Below are positions 36,401 to 46,700 of a DNA stretch of 64,000 bases, piece after piece. The position numbers and the translations under genes were made by a program. The DNA comes from Phallusia mammillata (taxonomy: Eukaryota), in NCBI GenBank assembly GCA_965637545.1, contig OZ281495.1:28520001-28584000 (forward strand), in the 5' to 3' direction. Each line of letters starts with the position of its first letter. The first letter of the stretch is position 1. The notes below the pieces were generated by a model. The model was given only the letters and a program-made list of their open reading frames with translations. It ran no database searches and was not told the origin of the DNA.

Positions 36401-39116
36401 AATTTGATGTATAAGTATTATTGGTCAAATGATTTTCAACGAAAATTTTTTAAGCATTGACTTAACACGAAAAGTCGGTTCTTGCAACACTACGGACACC
36501 GTTAAAGTATTCCGGACGTTTGTGGAAGACATAAGATGTGGCAACGTCCGTCTTCTTCCACCAGGAATGTACAACAGGACTTTACTGACTACATATCCGG
36601 GATCAGGAAACACCTGGACTCGGTATTTGCTGGAGAAAGCCACTGGTTATTACACTGGAAGTGTTTACAACGACCGAAGCCTCAGTGGAATAGGTACAGT
36701 GACCTTTGAGTCAGAGTTGAAGGTCGGAAGGGTCCGTACGTTTCGTTTCAAATTCGGATTTTTGTTCAATTTGAACGGGATTGGTTCGGGTCTGACTTTA
36801 CACTCAGCCACATTTGTGCCGAATTTTAAGCTAAAATATCTAACTTTTGCACCTAAATCAATCTTAATTTACCTGCAAAAAAAGAACTTTCTCGGGCCAG
36901 GCTGTATTTACCGGTTTGAATAGTTTCAGGATGGTCGTCGCTTTTTTATTATTTAGGTTACCTGGGAGAAAGTATTAAAGTAAAAGAGAACAGGACGGAC
37001 ATTATCAAAGATCATTTTCTGAACAACAAGCCGATTTCAGATTTCTCTGCAGCGATTATTTTGGTCATCAGAAATCCCTACAAATGCATCATTTCATTAT
37101 TCAACTTGGCCTTAAAGTCTGGGAGCCATGTCAAGTCTGCACCAGACGAAGTGATACAGCAAAGTACGCAATATTTATATTGATTTTTGATCCTCTTTTA
37201 TAGCCTGGGAAAATGTATGGATGCAGTTCTACCATTCCTTTATATTGTATGCGTATTGCGCATGCCAGAATGATGAGTTGATTTTGTTACAATTGCGCAC
37301 ATGTTTATATCCTACTGATTTAAGCACACGTAGGGATAAGTTATGCAACAAACCGATCTCAAAAGGATAGGCCGAAACCGAGCAGGTGTAATCAAAGTTT
37401 GTTTGGTGCCAATATATACAAACTCGTTTAAAACACTGCAAAACCCCTTTCATGGCACATAATGATCACAAAATAAAAATAAATGCGGATAGTTTCACTC
37501 GTAAAATTGACATTAGCAATAAATACATGAGGTACCTGCAGGTAACAAGCCCCCTTAAAAAACTATTGCGCATAACTAAAAAAACATTCAATAGTTTCCG
37601 CCCAAATTTGGCATGGTGGTTGTAGCGGTCAATTGTAATCATCCATCAGACTTTGAAGGCGTTTGCAAGATTAGTTTTTGAATGATGACAGTTTAAAAAA
37701 ATTAAAAACTTGGGCCTTAATACATACCTATGCTGTTAATTAGGCCCAACATTTTTATGTATTTTTTTAAGGTCGAGATATCAATCAGACTACTTTATAC
37801 TTTGCGTAGGTCCAAAACAAGTTTAACCAAGCAACGTTATTAACTTTAAGACATATAACTGTTAATCTGAAGGTACTAACAACAACGAATAAACAACCAC
37901 TTGACAGTTGATCGCCAATAAAGCGAAATGAAAGATCTCACTCCAAAAACTTTAAAAAATACTTATTATTTGAACTTTCATCTCTAATAAAGCAAATAAG
38001 CAATTTTTTGCGTACCAGTCGCCTTTGCTATAAAAAACAATATCGAAAATGACAAAAATTTGTTGGGCCTTATTGCCAGCAATGGCTGACAAACGAAACC
38101 CTAATAAAATTCATTTGAGGTAATTCTTTTTTTCAGATGGGATAACGCTCCAATTGAGCTAAAATGACCCGTTTCTGATATATCCTAATAAGATTTTATT
38201 TCGACAACAAAACCTTTTTATTATTGTAACAAAATTTTTTAAACAAAGAAAAAAAACTGTAAAAAAACACTTTTGAATTTGGGTTGGTCGTAGAAACTAA
38301 TACACAGAACTTACAGGTCCAAAACTTTCCAAATCATTGTAAGTTTGAATAAATCTAAAAATTATATCGAAACGGAAACATTTTTACATGTATACCAAAA
38401 AATATGAGTAGTGGGCCTTATTACCTTCCGGGCCTATATACCTTCAGGTACCTTGTTCGTATATCAGAACTGTAAGTCGGACCGGGCTTAAGCTTGAGCA
38501 AATTGGCTTCATTCGAGTCTAACATTACACTTGGTTATATTTTTGTCGTAGTTGCACCTGGTTAATTCTAACTATTAGGGATAATTCAATCCTAATTTTA
38601 ATAAGATTGCGTGTTCAGGTTGGGTTTTGGCCTTGTACTTTAGGATTATTGGCTCAATTCTTTTACCCACTTACAACTCTGTGGTTACAAATGGCCGACG
38701 TTGTTTTTGATTTTTCCACTTTTGTTTTGTTTGTGGCAGAAATCAACCAAACAATGAAAAAGAAGGTTGTGTCATGGGCGAAACTTCACGAGAAAATTTT
38801 ATCTCAGAAGAGACCAGTATTAGTCATGTACTACGAAGACATAGTGGCTGATCCGATCTCAAGTGTGAGGAAGATGGTGGAGTTCCTTCCCAACCCTGCA
38901 CTCCACCCGAGTGACCTTGAGGAGAGACTCGCTTGCTTGAGTCAAGAGATCACGGGCCTTGCGAGGCGACCACCACGAAAACACTCCTACTTTTTTCCAC
39001 CCAAAGTTAGATTAGATGTAAATAAGGCGGTCGAGAAAGTGAGAGAAATGTTACGAAAAAGGGGAATCGAAAAAGATTTGCCTCCTTATGAAAGAGGACC
39101 CGAAATGGAATGGTAA
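33430..39116 (+). CDS. WSCD: WSCD copy 4 (type B, inverted), apparently intact (502 aa)
   Basis: Exons 33430-33554 ([19 protein letters not shown], signal anchor), 34402-34469, 34537-34645, 35544-35740, 35898-36084, 36455-36693, 36957-37163, 38740-39116. Lengths are 125/68/109/197/187/239/207/377, all in frame. Confidence 0.9.
34698..34872. mobile_element. MITE M1 copy in intron 3 of copy 4
   Basis: Reverse-oriented M1 with the standard tgtttctc / tgtttctt flanks. Confidence 0.85.
37530..38453. mobile_element. 924-bp TIR element, unclassified, apparent 2-bp TG target duplication
   Basis: TIR aggtacctgcaggta / taccttcaggtacct. The paralog empty site reads aaatacatgttcgtat; the filled site reads aaatacatg-[element]-tgttcgtat. 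Internal gggcctta repeats. Confidence 0.8.
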
Positions 39117-40050
39117 ACATTGAATACGAACATGTACACATCTTGCCTGACTTCGTTGGTCAAACCTAAACGATGCCTCAACTGGGCATACACCACAGAG
39201 GAAACTTGCTCACAATGGCCGCTCGGGAACAAAAGTCGGTTCAGTGTTACAGTATCAATGGAAAATCATCGAACCAATAAATGATAAGCTGCAGACAGTG
39301 CACACTGTTTTAACATACAACGTCTCATCAGCGCAGCTGGTGACAAGAGATCGGCCCTATTAAATGAGTCCTGTCTTATTTAATGCTTTGAAATATTGTT
39401 GATGTAGATGCATGTAAACTAGTTTAAGACCATCGGAGCATGCCTTTTTGTATTAGTGCAACGTAAATATTTTGCTGACGACAGACTGGTTCCTTTTTCT
39501 GCAGTGGAAAAATGTAGTGAACAAGTTGTTTTATTAAGCCTTTAGGAAACTTTAAGCCTTGCCTTTAAATAAAGAAGCATTTAACAAGACTATGTAAGAT
39601 CGCCAGACAGGGGTAGATAGCATTAGGCACGATTTGGTGTTTAATGTAGTATTTCACTGCTTGAACACGGCAATCACCAAATTGACTGACATATACATCC
39701 TGTTCGATTGGCAAATAGCCCATTCAACGTTATGAAACAATGCGCATTGTTTCAAATGTGTGACAGCTTAACAGCAGTTTTCAACAAACGTAAAGTCACG
39801 TGAGTCGCAGTAACATCAATATCAGCAGTACCTCGAACATACTAAAGCATGGGACTACATAACTACGAAATATAACCTATTGTTCCCCTAATTGGACTGT
39901 ATAATGACCTGCGCACCTGCTACATAATCCTACTGTCATCTTGTCTTTTGAAGTGTTCTGTAAATGTATTGCACTTTAAATGTATTCTAGTTAGCTATTC
40001 ATATAAGTTCAAACCACTTTTACTGACGTTTCTTTATCTTTTTGTACCAG

Positions 40051-40282
40051 GGTAACAACTGAGACACAATTTACGTTTGAAAACGAAATTAAAGTCGTTT
40101 GCGAAGGTAAGCTTTACATGTACGAACCTTAAATAATTCGAAACTTAGCCTCTAATCTTGGTTTATTACCCAGCGTCTTATATCGGATGCTACTACCGAA
40201 TAAAGGAAATTGATCAATCAGTTACGTCTGTAAAATACAAATCCATGACGACTGGATGGTACGTTTCGTACTGTGAAACAAA
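40051..40282 (+). pseudogene. Orphan type-B WSCD exons 2 and 3
   Basis: Exon 2 at 40051-40106 has a 12-nt in-frame deletion. Exon 3 at 40174-40282 has a conserved WSC Cys changed to Tyr (TGG TAC GTT vs TGG TGC GTT). No exon 1 or exon 4 in register. Confidence 0.85.
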
Positions 40283-40334
40283 GTAAGTGACAAACTTTTG
40301 TTGACCACGTCCCCTCGCTATACAAGTGTTTCTC

Positions 40335-40520
40335 CAGTGCCGGATTAAGGGTCTGCTGGCCTGTAGGCACATTTTATAAGTGGCCCGAAAATCAGGATTG
40401 CCAACTAAAAAATTAGAATTATCAGTGTTGCCAAATCATCGTCACAAAGATAAAGTGGCCTGGATTTTTGACTGGCGTGTAGGCACGTGCCTACTTTGCC
40501 TAATGGTTAATCCAGCACTG
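40335..40520. mobile_element. MITE M1 copy at the right inversion breakpoint
   Basis: Reverse-oriented M1. The exon-3 side has the normal tgtttctc flank; the other side is followed by tatatagt and the sequence normally upstream of type-B exon 1. Confidence 0.9.
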
Positions 40521-40690
40521 TATATAGTCGTGGTTTGTGCTTATGGAAACAGATGTGTTTTACCTGTCGAATTTTATATGCCGCTTTTTATACTTTGAAT
40601 AAATAGTGCTACAACTGACAACTACAGGTCTACATCGAAAATTGAAGCATTACTGCGAGCCAGCGCGCGTAAACGAAGCAATACTACAAT

Positions 40691-42897
40691 GGGGCAGTTA
40701 ATGGTCGAAATTTCCGCATGGTGTCGCCACGCAACAGTGATAGTTGTCATAACGGCACAAACGCGCGCAAATTTAGAAGCCTAAATTTCGCATTACTTCA
40801 TCAACACAACTCCACTCCGTCATATTTTTACCATAAAACACTGTTATTTGCCAACATAAATCAATTAAAAATGGATTATTCTAAATAGACAACATACAGA
40901 TTAAAATCTGAGTTAAATAAAAGATGTGCCAAAACAACTGGCAAGAAAGGGGGGTTTAATTTTATAATGCGTTGTTTTTCTGTGTTGTTTTTGCAGTTTC
41001 TTCTTGTTGATGGTTGCTACATGCAAACATCTAGCAGCCATAGCTCTTATGGTTTCCAAATTTCACATCACAGAAGAGCTACCAGGTAAGAAAAGTTGTA
41101 CAGATCAGCTTCAAACGTTATACCACCCTGCGAAACATTTGAAAAGTAATTACTCACTTTATTTATTACATGTACTGTATAGTGGTGACTTGTAAACCTT
41201 GTTTTCTGCAAATTAAAACATTGAATGAAACACAACTGAACAAAGTAAGTGCAAGGAATGTTACCCAATGAAAGTTTCGCTTAACAGCACCAAATTAGGG
41301 ATATTATTTTGGCAACTGAAAGAAGAAATATGCAAAACTATGTGACTCTATTAAGTTTGCACTGTCCATAGAAGCAATATGTCATGGCAAAATGTATGAA
41401 AAAAGGGCACTTACCGTACTTTGTTGTAAGAAATGTAAGAAACTTTGATGTAAGAGACAACCCACAAAAAAGTATTTACAGACCAAGTTTTTTGGTAATC
41501 ATAATTACTGTCAAAAATACACACACCTAAGTAAAATAAAAACATGGATGTTTTAATGCAACAGCCAGATAGTCCTGTAGACAACCCACAAACAAAACAC
41601 ATTGTCCTGGACAAAACTGCCATAACCTAACTGACATACACAAAAAAATAACACTTATCTCTAACAACACATTTGTCCACATAAAACAAACAAAAATAAG
41701 TTTATTTGACAGGCGCAGCATAATGAGGCATGGATTGCTTTAATATCTTGTATATTTTAGCTATATATTATTTTATATTTAATGTCCTCTGACTCTCTCA
41801 ACATGGATCCTTTCTGATGCAGTATGCCTATCCTTTAGTTACTACTGAAATATTTTCAAGCTGGCTTTTTCCTTTTACTATTGTAAGGGATGTTAACAAA
41901 TACAGAAATCTTGCACTTTGATTCCTCTATCTGCCATAATGCCGTCTTTGGGTTAAGAAAACTCTGAGGCATTTAGTATAGTACAGAATCTTCTATTACT
42001 TGCAAATCCTTCATGAAATTTACTTAGAAAAGTGACTAGCCCTTTTTATAAAATTCCAACCAGAATCTTTATGGTTTAGTTACATGTTGAAAATGTGGAA
42101 TTTTGAGCTTTAACATTTGTTTTTGTTTTTTAATTTTTGTGGCATCCAAAATAACTCTGGTAGCAGGAAACGGCTGTTTAAATTTGGCGATCATTGATTG
42201 ATCAACAACTTCTCGTGCTGGCCATGTATTAATTTTTTTCATCTGATAGAATAGATAAATTATCGGTTTTCACCGGTCACGTCTAAAACTGCGGGCCCAC
42301 TTGGAGCACTTGGCCCGCCCCATGCAATTGAAAAACTGCGGCCCCGCTTCTGGCAAGTAAAACTGCGGGCCCACTATATATCCATTGCTTGGCCCGTCTC
42401 TCGCAAGTAAAAACTCCGGACCCATTATATCCATTGCTTGCCGTTCAGATCTTGTCGAAATCAAAATTTAATGACATGTGACAGGCGTGCCCTCGACGTT
42501 ATCAAGCTGGCCTGCAGTATTTTTACTTGCATGAGATGTGCCAAGTGCTGGGACTAGCGGGCCAAGTGGGCCAAGTGGGCCAAGTGGGCCCGCAGTTTTA
42601 GACGTGACCCGGTTTTCACAACTTTTCAGTTTAAGGGTCATCACGCTTGATAGCCACCTTCCTTTTCTCATACAGTTGACTATTAAGTGGAAATTTATGG
42701 CCACCTTTACTTTCCAGGCAATTTGGCACACAACAGTATTGTGACATTGTATCAGCAATATGATTAATTTCTTAAACTTTTCTTTCAAACGTTCGACTTC
42801 ATCAGACAACAGTAGCCCCGCAATACAAATCCGCTGCTGACAATAACCGTTGCGTGGCGACATCGTGTGGTCATTTAATATTTTAATTAACTGCCCC
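40691..42897. mobile_element. Decayed ISL2EU (PIF/Harbinger-related) DNA transposon
   Basis: TIR ggggcagttaat / attaactgcccc with a 2-bp AT duplication (empty site actacaattgcatt near 20905 and 56396). Minus strand: THAP start at 42747 (MSQYCCVPNC..HKFP..AIKRDDP*), DDE remnants WPAREVV..TRVILDAT (about 42140-42225), DGIMADRG (about 41915-41946) and RIHVERV (about 41791-41812). Plus strand: SWIM-like ATCKHLAA..SCTDQLQ (41004-41195), typical of the second, YqaJ-exonuclease gene. Confidence 0.85.
42274..42610. mobile_element. TIR element with 9-bp TSD nested in the ISL2EU THAP region
   Basis: About 30-bp TIR (c/g)ggtcacgtctaaaactgcgggcccacttgg; TSD ggttttcac (42265-42273, 42611-42619); internal gggccaagt 9-mers and aaaactgcgggccc repeats. 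Confidence 0.85.
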
Positions 42898-43794
42898 ATT
42901 GCATTAGTCAAGTGGTATAAAGAAAATCGTTGTAGCGATTTATACTTCTGTGTTGCCTGTATTGATGTTAGCACGAAATGACATGGGTCACATCGAAAAA
43001 ATGCACTCCTCTGACTATATGGGTTAAAAACATTATTCAAAGGGTTGCTTCCATGAAAGTTTTCTGTCTGCGCCCAAGATTGCCCCCTAATTTAAGTTCC
43101 GTAAAAAAACTTTTTGCTTCCAAAGCAGGTTATCGAAATTTTCCAAGAATTTATGATTTTTGACTATAAAAGGTTTTCAATGGGATACGAGAACACAAAT
43201 AAGCAAGGGCGTGTACAAATTAAGCATTTTAAAGCAACGAAGTTTTTCTATTACAGTATCAGGATGGTAACATAATATTACAACATGCTTTCACATACAA
43301 ACTTGTATGTTTAAAAACGTAAAACATCGAGCCAAAGCTGGATACATTGCACACTGTTTTAACAAATAAGGTTTCATCAGTGCCGCTGGTGACAAGAGAT
43401 CGGCCGTATTGGCTGATGTAGCAGTTTGTTGGGAGTAACAGGGTAAAAACCCATGCCTCACAACAGGGTCAAACCCATGGCACACCTGGTTTTTACCCTA
43501 TTACTTCCAACAGACCGGAATGTCGTCGGATGGCTACATCATTCAATAGGGCCGATCTCTCGTCACCAGCTGCGCTGATCAGACTTTATATGTTGAAACA
43601 GTGTGCACTGTATGCAGCTTATCATTTATTGGTTCGATGCTTTTCCATTGATACTGTAGCACTGAACCGACTTCACTTTTGTTCCCATGCGGCCATTGTG
43701 AGCAAGTTTCCTTTGAGGTGTATGCCCAGTTGAGGCATCGTTTAGGTTTGACCAACGAAGTCAGGCAAGATGTGTACATGTTCGTATTCAACGT

Positions 43795-46700
43795 TTACCA
43801 TTCCATTTCGGGTCCTCTTTCATAAGGCGGCAAATCTTTCTCGATTCCCCTTTTTCGCAACATTTCTCTCACTTTCTCGATCGCCTTATTAACATCTAAT
43901 CTAACTTTGGGTGGAAAAAAGTAGGAGTGTTTTCGTGGTGGACGCCTCGCAAGACCGGTGGTTTCTTGACTCAAGCAAGCGAGTCTCTCCTCAAGGTCAC
44001 TCGGGTGGAGTGCAGGGTTGGGTAGGAACTCCACCATCTTCCTCACACTTGAGATCGGATCAGCCACTATGTCTTCGTAGTACATGACTGATACTGGTCT
44101 CTTCTGGGATAAAATTTTCTCGTGAAATTTCGCCCATGACAAAACCCTCCCTTTCATTGTTTGGTTGATTTCTGGCACAAACAAGCAAAAGTTTAAAAAA
44201 ATAAAGACGCTGTCACCAATTGTTACCACAGAGTAGTATGTGGTCTACAAAATTGGCCCTTAACCCTAAAGTACAACGCGCAATATAAATGAAGTTAAGA
44301 TCGAATTATCCCCGATAGTTAGAATTAACAAGGTTCAACTACGTCAAAAAAGTAGCAAGTGTATAGTCAAACCCGAATGAAGCCCGTTTGTTCAAATTTA
44401 ACCCCGCCCCGACATAGAATCTTAATATGCAACCATGAATTTATTGCTGGTGTCAATTATACGAGTGAAACTATGTGCAAACTTTTTTTCTTTCATTCTG
44501 TGATAATTATATGCCACGAAAGATGTTTTTTTAGTGTTTCAAACGAGTTTGTATATATTGACAGTAAATAAACGATATTTTAGTGTTTTGTAAGACTTGA
44601 TTCAATTTCCTCGGTTTCGGCCTAAGCCGTTTGAGAATAACTTAGTATGAATTTATCAGTATTTGGGCTATATCAACAGAATATATATAAAAAGTGTACT
44701 ATGGTAACTAAATGCACACATCATTCTGGCGGGCGCAGGATACAACACGATACAAGAGTATGGTATAATTACATGCATATATCTACCAAGCTATAAAAGA
44801 GAATCTAAAAAACAATATGAATATTGCGTACTTTGCTGTATTAGTTCGTCCGGTCCAGACTTGATGTGACTCCCAAAGTTCGAAGAGTACAAGTTGAACA
44901 ATGAAATGATGCATTTGTAGGGATTTCTGATGACCAAAATGAATGCTGCAGAGAAATTTGAAACCGGCTTGTTGCTCAGAAAATGATCTTTGATAATATC
45001 CGTCCTGTTTTCATTTACTTCAATACTTTCTCCCAGGTAACCTAATTAACAAAAAAGCGAGTCAAATCGTAGCACGTTTACACAGAATTGTAAACGCGTC
45101 TAAAATTGGAGACCGAACCCGGCCCGAACCTGAAAGTACAAGCCCCAAACTCGAAGGTGCAAGCCCGAACCCGAATCGTTTTTGAGAAGCCTGTTTAGGC
45201 CCGGAAGTTTGATTGACAGGCCTATACATTAAATCAGTGTTTCAACTTCAAACTCGGTTTTCGGGGCCGCATGCGGCTCCCAACTACTTGTTTTGCGGCT
45301 CGCACCAGACCTCAGAAAACCACCAAACATTGCTATTTTAGCTTTGAATGTCATAATTTTTAGTGATTTTCTTAAGGTTTCGTTTTTTTGCGGCTCCCTG
45401 CACACTTAAAAAATACCATTTGGCCCCGACAATAAAAAAGTTTGAGAACCACTGCATTAAATCCTCAGGAAAGACAAAGACAACCAACACAATAGACAAT
45501 TGGTTTTGAACAGGGCATTTTGGGGTTATTTGACTATAGGCCAGATCCAGCAACTAGCTGCTTATCTAGTTAAATTTATACAAAAAAATACTGACACAGA
45601 GTGTCTGAAAATATGATGATATTTATGTAGACCTAAGAGCTTTTAGCACAAATTTTATAGCTCATATGACCTATCCTACAAACTGCACAGTAAGTGCGCA
45701 GTCCTGCCGAAACCACAAAACAAATTGACTTTGCGAATTTTGTTTGGCATGGCCATGCCGAAACCGCAATAACTTTTGGATTTACCAATTTCCTACAGCA
45801 CAGACATGGCAAAACATACTGGGCATATCACCACAGTTTTAATGAAACAACGTATATGTTGAATCAGTTTCAGAGTTTTCAGAGTTGTAAGCAATCCCGA
45901 AACCCATGCCTAAACCCTCAAGTTTTTTTTAAACCTGAATAAGTTACGAAAGGTAGATTTATCAAGGTAAATAAAGCTTGAGTTTGGTAAATATGGTAAA
46001 TAAAGCATGGGTTACGTGCAAAAGTTTGTGGCCGTGTGTACAAAAGTCCGAACCCAAACCAAACGCCGGGGCCCGGCCGACCTCCAACTTTGACAGATAT
46101 AGTCACTGCGTACCTATTCCACTGAGGCTTCGGTCGTTGTAAACACTTCCAGTGTAATAACCAGTGGCTTTCTCCAGCAAATACCGAGTCCAGGTGTTTC
46201 CTGATCCCGGATATGTAGTCAATAAAGTTCTGTTGTACATTCCTGGTGGAAGAAGACGGATGTTGCCGCATCTTCTGTCCTCCACAAACGTCCGGAATAC
46301 TTCAACGGTGTCCGAGGTGTTGCAAGAATCGACTTTTCGTGTTAAGTCAATGCTAAAAGAATATACCTTAAAAATCATTTAGCTAATACAACTAATGCAC
46401 TAAGTTTACAAACGCTTCAAGTTTTCCCATTGACATGTATTTGTCTTGTTATGTTAATCATCAATGAATTTTAAGTTTGAAAGAAATCCTACCGCATAGA
46501 TTTGCGATAGGTTTTGAACAGATGGGTTGTTTCTATCACATCAGTCAACCAGTTGTATAAAGGAAAATTCAATACGTCATCTAAAGAATTTTTGTAACCA
46601 ACAGTTGTCGTAGTAATTGGGTTTTGTCGCATTGGTTACAAAATTTGGCGGTAAATTTTCGAAATTGAAGTAGGTTAAAGACAAAATAAAAAACAAACGG

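Noticed and set aside
42468-43040. 190-aa ORF with collagen-like GPLGPLGPLGPL
   Set aside because: The Gly-X-Y run is the 9-bp gggccaagt repeat of a MITE. The ORF crosses three unrelated elements, and the real signal is the THAP remnant in another frame.
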